Positions 8,658 to 16,863 of a DNA stretch of 49,620 nucleotides are shown piece by piece. The number at the start of each line of letters is the position of its first letter. Position 1 is the stretch's first letter. The position numbers and the translations under genes were made by a program. The notes beneath the pieces are model-generated. The model was not told where the DNA came from. It saw nothing but the letters and a program-made list of their open reading frames with translations, and ran no database searches. Source of the DNA: Patescibacteria group bacterium UBA2105 (GTDB lineage: Bacteria; Patescibacteriota; Minisyncoccia; Phycocordibacterales; UBA2100); assembly GCA_002331495.1 (NCBI GenBank), contig DCYR01000006.1, positions 1 to 49,620 of the forward strand. The letters are read 5' to 3'.

Positions 8658-9422
8658 ATGGAGCCGATAAGCGTAGGATTTATAGCTTCGGCGTTCATTG
8701 CTGGGATCATTACATTCTTGGCTCCCTGTACGTTGCCGCTCGTACCCGCGTACCTTGGCTTTATTAGCGGTGTTGACCAGGAATCTCTTAAAGACCCAAG
8801 TCGCAAAGACGAAATTCGCCGACGCGTTGTTGTGAACGGCCTCTTCTTTATCATAGGATTCACTGTGATATTTGTACTCTTTGGCGCGCTTGCAGGATTA
8901 GCTGGACAGGAGCTTGCCCCGTATCGCATTTGGTTGTCTCGAATTGGTGGTATCTTCGTCATTCTCTTCGGACTTTTGATGCTTGGAGTGCTGGAACTTC
9001 CATTTCTTGGTCGAGAATACAAAATCAAACTTCCCAAGTGGATTGAGGTAGGCAAGCCATCGAGCTCAAGCTTAATTGGGGCTGTGTTCGGGCTCGGCTG
9101 GACACCGTGTGTCGGGCCCGTGCTCGGCTCAATTTTGCTGCTCGCTTCGTCAAGCGCCACAGTATTCACGGGGGCCATACTTTTGCTGGTATTTTCGGCA
9201 GGTCTTTCGATACCGTTTATGGTGGTCGCCATAGGGTTTGCTCATGCAAGCGAACGTATTACCGCAATGCAGAAATGGCTGAAATGGATTTCGATTGTCG
9301 GTGGACTCTTTCTCATTGGATTGGGTATCCTTCTGCTTACCAATAATTTTTCACTTCTTATCTCATGGGGGTTTCAGATCTTTGGTTTTCTTGAATACGA
9401 AAGCCTATTAAACCTACTCTGA
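8658..9422 (+). CDS. ccdA: CcdA/DsbD-type transmembrane electron transporter
   Basis: FLAPCTLPLVPAY and GWTPCVGPVL motifs; about 6 TM helices. Confidence 0.93.
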   Translation: MEPISVGFIASAFIAGIITFLAPCTLPLVPAYLGFISGVDQESLKDPSRKDEIRRRVVVNGLFFIIGFTVIFVLFGALAGLAGQELAPYRIWLSRIGGIFVILFGLLMLGVLELPFLGREYKIKLPKWIEVGKPSSSSLIGAVFGLGWTPCVGPVLGSILLLASSSATVFTGAILLLVFSAGLSIPFMVVAIGFAHASERITAMQKWLKWISIVGGLFLIGLGILLLTNNFSLLISWGFQIFGFLEYESLLNLL

Positions 9423-9441
9423 CAAATTATAGATAATATGC

Positions 9442-9469
9442 TTGACTCGGCGCGAAATATGCGTACTAT
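9442..9469 (+). promoter_or_regulatory. Sigma70-type promoter for secE-nusG-rplK
   Basis: TTGACT-16 nt-TACTAT. Confidence 0.55.
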
Positions 9470-9615
9470 TGTTCTCAATCGCCCGTGGGGGCGTTTTAAT
9501 TTGCAAGCGCGACGAAGTCGAAAAAAGCAAGCTTTTTAGACCGAGTTAGCGATGCAAATAGAGGTGGTGTCATCCCAATTAAAGCGGCGCGCCTCTATTT
9601 TGAACAGGATTTCCT

Positions 9616-9798
9616 ATGGCCAATCGACTTATACAATATGTTAGGGACACGCGTGCGGAGCTTAAGCACGTGTCGTGGCCGACACAAAAACAAACAGTAA
9701 TCTTTACCGTGTTGGTAATAATAATTTCGTTACTCGTTGCATTTTTTCTCGGCGCATTCGACTACATATTTACTGGTGCACTTAATTTGGTGATTTAA
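9616..9798 (+). CDS. secE: Preprotein translocase subunit SecE
   Basis: ELKHVSWPT followed by one TM; upstream of nusG. Confidence 0.95.
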   Translation: MANRLIQYVRDTRAELKHVSWPTQKQTVIFTVLVIIISLLVAFFLGAFDYIFTGALNLVI

Positions 9799-9803
9799 GT
9801 AAT

Positions 9804-10349
9804 ATGTCAAAACAACAAGGGACAGGAGAACGCCGTTGGTATGTAATCCACACGTACTCGGGATACGAAGAGGCCGTTGCTCGTAACTTACGCCAACGAA
9901 TCGACTCAATGGGAATGCGTGACCAGATTTTTGAAGTCATTGTACCAACCGAGAAAAAAATCAAAGTAAAGGCGGGGAAGCGCGTGGAAGAAAAGGAAAA
10001 AATCTACCCAGGGTACGTACTCGTGGACATGATTGTAAACGACGAGTCTTGGTACGTGGTGCGTAACACGCCTCGCGTTACCGGGTTTGTGGGGTCAGGT
10101 ACACAGCCAGTGCCGCTCGACCAGGCAGAAGTTGACTCACTCTTTAAGCGCATGACTTCCGACACCGCAAAACACAAGATTGAACTTGGTCTTGATGATG
10201 CGGTGGTAATTGCCGACGGGCCGTTCAAGGACCTCGAGGGCAAAGTTGGTGAAATTGACGAAGAGCGCGGCAAGGTTAAGGTCATGGTGCCTATGTTTGG
10301 TCGCGAGACACCAGTTGAGCTCGACTTCTTGCAAGTAAAGCGAATTTAG
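9804..10349 (+). CDS. nusG: Transcription antitermination factor NusG
   Basis: WYVIHTYSGYE, YPGYVLV, VRNTPRVTGFVG, KOW domain, FGRETPVELDF. Confidence 0.98.
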   Translation: MSKQQGTGERRWYVIHTYSGYEEAVARNLRQRIDSMGMRDQIFEVIVPTEKKIKVKAGKRVEEKEKIYPGYVLVDMIVNDESWYVVRNTPRVTGFVGSGTQPVPLDQAEVDSLFKRMTSDTAKHKIELGLDDAVVIADGPFKDLEGKVGEIDEERGKVKVMVPMFGRETPVELDFLQVKRI

Positions 10350-10367
10350 GTAGTATTTTCCTCACAT

Positions 10368-10790
10368 ATGGCTAAAAAAGTAGAAAAACAATTGAAACTT
10401 CAGGTGCCCGCGGGCAAGGCAACTCCTGCGCCACCACTTGGTCCTGCTTTGGGACAGGCCGGCATCAACATAGGCGAATTCGTTAACCAATTTAATGACG
10501 CGACCAAGGAAATGATGGGCGATATCATCCCAGTAGTTATCAATGTGTACGACGATCGAAGTTTTGATTTCATACTTAAAACTCCTCCGGCATCGAGCTT
10601 GCTTCTCAAGGTGATTGGGCAAAAAAGTGGGTCGGGTAAGAATTTGGTAAAGAAAATAGGGAAAGTCTCTCAAAAACAACTCGAAGAGATAGCTGAACAG
10701 AAGCTGCAGGATCTCTCGGCAAACGATGTAAAGGCTGGGGCAAAGATAATCGCAGGAACTGCCCGTTCAATGGGAATTGAAACGGAATAA
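10368..10790 (+). CDS. rplK: 50S ribosomal protein L11
   Basis: [19 protein letters not shown] and GTARSMG motifs. Confidence 0.98.
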   Translation: MAKKVEKQLKLQVPAGKATPAPPLGPALGQAGINIGEFVNQFNDATKEMMGDIIPVVINVYDDRSFDFILKTPPASSLLLKVIGQKSGSGKNLVKKIGKVSQKQLEEIAEQKLQDLSANDVKAGAKIIAGTARSMGIETE

Positions 10791-10807
10791 TTCCAACTAA
10801 ACAATAA

Positions 10808-10835
10808 CAAAAAGCGCCGATGCGGCGCTTTTTGT
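10808..10835. terminator. Intrinsic terminator directly after rplK
   Basis: CAAAAAGCGCCG-ATG-CGGCGCTTTTTG. Confidence 0.85.
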
Positions 10836-11093
10836 TTATTCGCGTTCGCCCAACTTGGCTCGTTTGACTTTCTACACGTAACTTTCTGTTTCTCCGTAAG
10901 CAAGAAAATTCCTGTGGTGTTCGGGAATTACATATGAATCACTGTCATCGATGCAGTGCATGATGGCACACCAGTACTTTTCGGTTTCAGCCGCGATCTT
11001 CACAAAACCATTTGCGTAACCACAGTAAGCACAAAGGGTGTAGAGGACATTGCGAAATTAATCTACAAAACGACGGAGAAAGTGATATTTCAT
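10836..11093 (-). pseudogene. Degraded remnant of a conserved Cys-rich hypothetical protein
   Basis: One minus frame reads MKYHFLRRFVD*FRNVLYTLCAYCGYANGFVKIAAETEKYWCAIMH...FLAYGETESYV*KVKRAKLGERE*, with two internal stops; the motif resembles a CxYCxYxNG...TExYWCxIxH family recalled from memory. Confidence 0.6.
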
Positions 11094-11229
11094 GAAAAAT
11101 TACAGTATTACATCAACATATTTTGTGAACATTGCCGCGCCAGAGCGCGATGGTATACTCAGGTAAAATTAATGAGTGCCTATGTTGTAGCTCTAGAAAC
11201 AAGTTTAATCACATTAAATAACTAATGAC

Positions 11230-12504
11230 ATGGCTACACCACAAGATTTACTCTTTCTCGCACGACAAGATGACGATGTGCACAATGCGATACGTGGAGA
11301 GGAGAAACGACAGGAAGAAGGGCTCGAACTCATTCCGTCGGAAAACTATGTGTCAAAAACAGTCCGTGAGGCTGTTGGCTCTATCCTTACCAACAAATAC
11401 TCGGAAGGATACCCTGGGAAGCGTTACTACGGCGGTCAGGAGTTTACCGACGAAGTAGAGGAGTTGGCACGGGAGCGCGCAAAAAAGCTCTTTAACTGCA
11501 AGTATGCAAACGTACAGCCACATGCTGGAGCACCTGCCAACATCGCCACGTATTTTGCACTGCTTGAGCCTGGCGACACCGTGCTTGGCATGGACCTCTC
11601 ACACGGGGGACACCTCACACACGGCCATCCTGTAACGTATATCACGAAGATCTTCAACTTTGTTCGCTATAAAATGAAGGACACGGAAACCGGAGAGATC
11701 GACTACGATGAAATGCGTGAAGTGGCGAAAAAAGAAAAGCCCAAAATACTCTTGGCGGGGTTTTCCGCATATTCACGTGAACTTGATTACCAAAAAATGG
11801 CAGACATCGCACGCGAAGTCGGTGCTCTCGCCATCATGGATGCGGCACATATCGCAGGGCTCATTGCAGGAGGCGCACACAAAAATCCATTCGACTATGG
11901 CTTTGACGTAATTCTCACTACTACACACAAGACTCTCAGGGGGCCTCGCGGTGGCATGATCCTCACGCGGGAAGACAAGGAAATAGCGCAGAAGATCGAC
12001 AAAAGTGTATTTCCTGGCCTCCAGGGAGGGCCGCTTATGCACCACATAGCCGGCAAAGCGGTTGCCTTTGGCGAGGCGCTGCACCCAAGCTTCAAAAACT
12101 ATGCGCATCAGATAATAGACAATGCTCAGGCAATGGCTGAGGTGTTTGACCGCGAAGAAGTACGTATGCTCGGTGGGGGGACAAGCAACCACCTTATTCT
12201 CGCCGACATCACCAGCTTTGGTATCGACGGCCATGTAGCTGAAACAGTGCTTGACGAGGTGGGCATTACACTCAATAAGAACGTGATTGCTGACGACTCA
12301 AATCCACCAATGAAGCCAAGTGGTATTCGCTTTGGGACGCCCGCGATCACCACACGAGGCTTCACTGAAAAAGAATGCGCACGCGTTGCCGAGTTAATGG
12401 TTGAGACATTGCGTAATCATGACGACGAGGAGGTAAAAAAGAAAGTGCACAAAGAGATACGAGCACTTGCGGCCAAGTTCCCAATCCCTGATAAGCACTT
12501 CTAG
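11230..12504 (+). CDS. glyA: Serine hydroxymethyltransferase
   Basis: LIPSENY, NKYSEGYPGKRYYGG, GGHLTHG and PLP-Lys TTTHKTLRGPRGG motifs. Confidence 0.99.
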   Translation: MATPQDLLFLARQDDDVHNAIRGEEKRQEEGLELIPSENYVSKTVREAVGSILTNKYSEGYPGKRYYGGQEFTDEVEELARERAKKLFNCKYANVQPHAGAPANIATYFALLEPGDTVLGMDLSHGGHLTHGHPVTYITKIFNFVRYKMKDTETGEIDYDEMREVAKKEKPKILLAGFSAYSRELDYQKMADIAREVGALAIMDAAHIAGLIAGGAHKNPFDYGFDVILTTTHKTLRGPRGGMILTREDKEIAQKIDKSVFPGLQGGPLMHHIAGKAVAFGEALHPSFKNYAHQIIDNAQAMAEVFDREEVRMLGGGTSNHLILADITSFGIDGHVAETVLDEVGITLNKNVIADDSNPPMKPSGIRFGTPAITTRGFTEKECARVAELMVETLRNHDDEEVKKKVHKEIRALAAKFPIPDKHF

Positions 12505-12506
12505 GT

Positions 12507-12938
12507 ATGCTGCATACTAAGACTGATAAGGGATACTTTGTACGTCTTGAGCGGGGAGAGGATGTGGTCGCGAAGCTCACCGAGTTTGCAAAACAAGAGG
12601 GCATTACAGCCGCGGAATTCCGTGCTATTGGAGCGGTGGAGAACTTGAAGCTCGGCTCGTACGACTTGGCGACGAAAGAATATGATCAACGAGAAGTACC
12701 CGGAATACTTGAGGCGGCTGCGGTAATAGGAAATGTGACACTTGTTGACGGTGAGCCGTTCTTGCATATACACGGTGTATTCTCAAACGCAGAGCTACAA
12801 TGCTTTGGCGGTCATGTGTTTGCCATGGATGCAGCAGTTACACTCGAGGTGTTCATCACACCGCATGACACGTCCATAGTTCGTGTGCACAACGATACTA
12901 TCGGTCTTAAGCTCTGTACGTTCTCAGTAGATAATTGA
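12507..12938 (+). CDS. PPC/DUF296-domain protein
   Basis: VRLERGED, AIGAV, HIHG and GGH motifs. Confidence 0.9.
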   Translation: MLHTKTDKGYFVRLERGEDVVAKLTEFAKQEGITAAEFRAIGAVENLKLGSYDLATKEYDQREVPGILEAAAVIGNVTLVDGEPFLHIHGVFSNAELQCFGGHVFAMDAAVTLEVFITPHDTSIVRVHNDTIGLKLCTFSVDN

Positions 12939-12991
12939 CAAAATTAAACATTGGCACCAATATATTTCCAGAAGCTTAGGGGGTCACAACC

Positions 12992-13306
12992 ATGGGAAAG
13001 ACTTGGACGTATGAGGACGTGGTGATCGCAATGATCCACGAGGAGTGGAGAAGAGGCAATAATTGTGGCTTGAGCGCCTGGGACATTCTGCGTCGGCTTC
13101 ACAATGTTGGACTCAAATGTCAGCTCGCTTCTATTGTTTCTGCCCTACACACTCACCAGAGTCAAGAGAAGCTCGTCATTGTCGAAAATAAAGTTGTACC
13201 TTTCCGCTACCGTGTCACGAGAGCGGGAGTAACTACGGGGAAGGAGGCTCGGGCCAGAATATCATCTCTCAAGAAACGAAGCACCGCACTGCCCTCACCA
13301 AAGTAG
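12992..13306 (+). CDS. Hypothetical basic protein, possible winged HTH
   Basis: 104 aa; PadR-like RYRVTRAG wing; GGGGG SD-like; followed by a terminator. Confidence 0.6.
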   Translation: MGKTWTYEDVVIAMIHEEWRRGNNCGLSAWDILRRLHNVGLKCQLASIVSALHTHQSQEKLVIVENKVVPFRYRVTRAGVTTGKEARARISSLKKRSTALPSPK

Positions 13307-13319
13307 TAACGTGTGCGCG

Positions 13320-13346
13320 AAGGACCGCCGACTAAGGCGGTCTTTC
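13320..13346. terminator. Bidirectional terminator
   Basis: AAGGACCGCC-GACTAA-GGCGGTCTTT between convergent genes. Confidence 0.7.
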
Positions 13347-13348
13347 TC

Positions 13349-13861
13349 TTATAGGGGTCGCTTTAGTTTCTTGCGTGAAAATTTTAAGTCACCGTCTTCG
13401 TGATGTTCTTCTGAGATAACTTCACTAAACTCTGAATATTCCGGAAAGTGCGTGTCTCCATCGGCATTGTCTTTCACGAGCGTCAGGTCCAAAACGTCAG
13501 TGTCGGGAAGCAGTAGCGAGTAAATTTGCCCACCGCCAATAACAAAGATATTTTCTGAGCCTTCGCTTTGTTTAGCGAGTTCAAGGGCCTCCTCCTTTGA
13601 GTGTGCAATGAGTGCGCCGTCAATTTTTAAATCTCTATTTCGACTAAGAATAATATTCGTGCGATTAGGGAGCAGTTTTTCTCCCATAGATTGGAACGTC
13701 GCATACCCCATTATCACAGGGTGCCCGGTCGTGATCTCCTTAAATCGAGGTAGGTCGCCCGTAATTCTCCAAAGCAGATCGTTTTCTTTCCCGATAGCCC
13801 GCGTCTCCTCGCCGAGCGCCGCTATCGCCGTTATCTCGTGTTTTTTAGACCCTTTTTCCAT
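13349..13861 (-). CDS. folA: Dihydrofolate reductase
   Basis: AIGKENDLLW, VIMG, LPNRTNIILS, VIGGGQIY and GDTHFP motifs. Confidence 0.96.
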   Translation of the reverse strand: MEKGSKKHEITAIAALGEETRAIGKENDLLWRITGDLPRFKEITTGHPVIMGYATFQSMGEKLLPNRTNIILSRNRDLKIDGALIAHSKEEALELAKQSEGSENIFVIGGGQIYSLLLPDTDVLDLTLVKDNADGDTHFPEYSEFSEVISEEHHEDGDLKFSRKKLKRPL

Positions 13862-13924
13862 ACGACAACACTATAGCACGCAGGGCAACATGGGCGACCA
13901 AACTTTGGGTGCTATAATTTACGC

Positions 13925-14767
13925 ATGCAACAGTATCTAAGTGCGCTAGATACCATAATGAAGGAAGGAGTTGATCGCGAAGGTCGCAACGGGTGGACCC
14001 GTTCGATCTTTGCGATACAGATGCGATTCAACCTCGAAGATGGCTTTCCGGCAGTGACCACCAAACGCCTTGCGTTTAAATCGGTACTCTCCGAACTCAT
14101 CTGGTTTATTGAAGGGTCAAACGATGAGCGACGGCTCGCTGAAATTCTGCATGGCACACGTGACCCCGAGAAGAAAACCATCTGGACAGCGAACGCGGAA
14201 GCAGACTACTGGAAGCCGAAAGCAAAATTCGAAGGTGACCTTGGACGTGTCTACGGTGTTCAGTGGCGTGACTGGACGAATTCCGATGGTGAGAAGTTCG
14301 ACCAACTGGCTGACACTATCGAGCGCATTAAAACCAGTCCTTATGATCGACGACTTATCGTTTCCGCATGGAATCCGGGGGAGCTGCACAAAATGGCATT
14401 GCCACCGTGCCATCGTGATTTTCAGTTCTACGTTGCAGACGGAAAGCTCTCACTTCACATGAACCAGCGCAGCTGCGACATGTTCCTTGGCGTTCCGTTC
14501 AACATCGCAAGCTACTCAATGCTCTTGGCAATGGTTGCACAGGTAACGGATCTCAAACCTCACGAAGCAGTGTTCACTTTCAATGATGCGCACATCTACC
14601 ATGACCACTTTGACGCAGTAAAGGAGCAACTTAAGAGAAAGCCGGGTAAGTTGCCGACGCTTTGGCTAAACCCAGAGATAAAGAGTATTGGAGACTTCAC
14701 CATGAAAGATGTAAAACTCGAAAATTATAACCCACAGAAGACCATTAAAGCCCCAATGGCTGTCTAG
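13925..14767 (+). CDS. thyA: Thymidylate synthase ThyA
   Basis: MALPPCH, QRSCDMFLGVPFNIASY and DAHIY motifs. Confidence 0.98.
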   Translation: MQQYLSALDTIMKEGVDREGRNGWTRSIFAIQMRFNLEDGFPAVTTKRLAFKSVLSELIWFIEGSNDERRLAEILHGTRDPEKKTIWTANAEADYWKPKAKFEGDLGRVYGVQWRDWTNSDGEKFDQLADTIERIKTSPYDRRLIVSAWNPGELHKMALPPCHRDFQFYVADGKLSLHMNQRSCDMFLGVPFNIASYSMLLAMVAQVTDLKPHEAVFTFNDAHIYHDHFDAVKEQLKRKPGKLPTLWLNPEIKSIGDFTMKDVKLENYNPQKTIKAPMAV

Positions 14768-14772
14768 GATAT

Positions 14773-15891
14773 ATGGCAGAAGCTGCGAAGACCACAGATA
14801 GGAAACACGGTGCGCTGCCGTACCAGGCGCTGCGCGAGTACATGCGCGATGGACACATCAAGGACGCTGACTCAAAAAACGTACAGCCCGCTTCAATTGA
14901 TCTCTCCATTACTGACGAGGTGTACCGACTTCCCGGAGTGGTGCAGCCCTTGGTGCGTGAACCGGTAGAGTCTTTAGTAGAGCGCTTTCGTGGCGTGCTC
15001 ACTGACGTTGGCGCGCCACTTGAGCGAAATACCGTCTACATTGCGCGACTTCGTGAGACTCTCGACCTGCCGTATGAGGTATTTGGTTTAGTGAATCCAA
15101 AATCCACCACGGGGCGGCTCGATGTACACGTGCGTGTCATTGCCGATGGTACGCCGCGCTTCGATACTGTGGAACAAGGGTTCAGCGGAGAGCTATGGAT
15201 TATGATTGTACCGCGTTCGTTCCCGATTATTCTCAAAGCAGGTACGCCATTTTGTCAGTTACGCCTCTTCACCGGAGAACCCCGTCTCAACGAGAGTATG
15301 CTCGAGACAGTATTTGATACCGAGGCATTGTTGTGGCGCGAAACAGGGGATCAGATCCTCTATGAAGATGTTCCCGTCACCGACCACGACGGCTCGATCA
15401 TTCTCACGCTCGACACGTACAGTGAGCCGGTGGGATGGGTAGCCACAAACGTAAACGTCCCGATAGATCCGACACTTGTTGGAGGCTACAAGGCGCAAAA
15501 GTTTTTCCAACCAATGGTGCTCGACAGCGGGTATGTGTATTTGCGGCGCGACCACTTCTACATTCTCTCCACACGTGAGTTTGTACGTGTGCCGCCTACC
15601 CTTGCTTGTGAGATGGTGCCAATGGACGAGCGCTCAGGTGAATTCCGTGCGCACTATGCAGGTTTTATCGATCCGGGCTGGGGCTGGGGCAAGAACGGAG
15701 AAGAAAAGGGACGCCCGTTGACACTTGAAGTGCGTCCGCACGAGGACATTATCATTGGGCCACGGCAGCCTATCGGAAAGATCGCATTTGAGCACATGAT
15801 CGAGAAGCCCGAAGTGGTCTACGATGCAGGAAGTTCGAATTATTCAGCACAAGAGGGACCAAAACTTGCGAAGCAATTTAAAATTTTATGA
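14773..15891 (+). CDS. dcd: dCTP deaminase, long two-domain type
   Basis: QPASIDL, NPKSTTGRLDV, GEFRAHYAGFIDPGWG and LTLEVRPHE motifs. Confidence 0.9.
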   Translation: MAEAAKTTDRKHGALPYQALREYMRDGHIKDADSKNVQPASIDLSITDEVYRLPGVVQPLVREPVESLVERFRGVLTDVGAPLERNTVYIARLRETLDLPYEVFGLVNPKSTTGRLDVHVRVIADGTPRFDTVEQGFSGELWIMIVPRSFPIILKAGTPFCQLRLFTGEPRLNESMLETVFDTEALLWRETGDQILYEDVPVTDHDGSIILTLDTYSEPVGWVATNVNVPIDPTLVGGYKAQKFFQPMVLDSGYVYLRRDHFYILSTREFVRVPPTLACEMVPMDERSGEFRAHYAGFIDPGWGWGKNGEEKGRPLTLEVRPHEDIIIGPRQPIGKIAFEHMIEKPEVVYDAGSSNYSAQEGPKLAKQFKIL

Positions 15892-16520
15892 CGACCAAGA
15901 AAGGAACTTTTATCGTAATAGATGGCGGCGAGGGGTCGGGGACCACCACTGTTGCCAAGGAAATAGTCCAGAAGTTTGGCTGGGGCGCTGTGTACACGCG
16001 CGAACCAGGTGGTTCGCCGTATGCTGAGAAGATCCGCGAACTCGTACTTTCGGACGACGCAAAGACATCAGATGTCGAAACACAGTTCGCGCTTTTTTGG
16101 GCAGCACGTCGCGACCATATCAAAAAAACGATTGCACCAGCTTTAGCTGAAGGGAAGGTGGTGATTTGTGACAGATTCGATTCGTCAACCTATGCATACC
16201 AACTAATTGCACAGGAACAGGTGCAACTTATTGAACTTTTTTGGAAAATTCGTGAGCACTTTCTCGGGGAGTACGTTCCCAATGTGTACGTATTGCTCGA
16301 TGTTTCTCCCGAGACAGGGATTGCGCGTGCTAAAGGCCGGAATGAAGACCTCAACCACTTCGACAAGCGAAAGATAGACTTCCACAAGAGTGTGAATAAA
16401 GGACTAAAAGAGTTCGTTATAACAAAAGCAGAGCACGGATCGGTGGTAGATGCCGAGCAGCCTCTAGAAAAAGTTATCGAAGATACAATGGTCATTGTAC
16501 AGGAGCGGCTCACACAGTAA
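15888..16520 (+). CDS. tmk: Thymidylate kinase
   Basis: DGGEGSGTTT P-loop variant, TREPGG and ICDRFDSSTYAYQ motifs. Confidence 0.95.
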   Translation: MTTKKGTFIVIDGGEGSGTTTVAKEIVQKFGWGAVYTREPGGSPYAEKIRELVLSDDAKTSDVETQFALFWAARRDHIKKTIAPALAEGKVVICDRFDSSTYAYQLIAQEQVQLIELFWKIREHFLGEYVPNVYVLLDVSPETGIARAKGRNEDLNHFDKRKIDFHKSVNKGLKEFVITKAEHGSVVDAEQPLEKVIEDTMVIVQERLTQ

Positions 16521-16529
16521 GATGCTGCT

Positions 16530-16862
16530 ATGGAGATGAACGAATACCAAAAATTGGCATCGCGTACGGCGCAGTTTGAAACAGACAAATTTAACCCGCT
16601 CATTTATACGGTTCTTGGTCTTGCGGGTGAGACAGGTGAAGTTGTGGAGAAAGTGAAGAAAGTGTTGCGCAACGATGACGCTGAGCTTTCAGAGGAAAAG
16701 CGGCAGGAACTAAAAAAAGAACTTGGTGATGTGCTCTGGTACCTCTCACAATGTTCTCGCGTACTTAATTTTGAGCTGGAGGAGGTGGCGCAGGCAAACA
16801 TCGATAAGCTTGCCGACCGAAAAGATCGCGGTGTGATAGCCAGCGAGGGAGACGATCGTTAG
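16530..16862 (+). CDS. MazG-like all-alpha NTP pyrophosphohydrolase
   Basis: LGLAGETGEV and KELGDVLWY motifs; NIDKL. Confidence 0.92.
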   Translation: MEMNEYQKLASRTAQFETDKFNPLIYTVLGLAGETGEVVEKVKKVLRNDDAELSEEKRQELKKELGDVLWYLSQCSRVLNFELEEVAQANIDKLADRKDRGVIASEGDDR

Positions 16863-16863
16863 T

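Noticed and set aside
10956-11225. 89-aa + strand ORF before glyA
   Set aside because: No motif; antisense to the pseudogene remnant and spans the probable glyA promoter (TGGTATACT)
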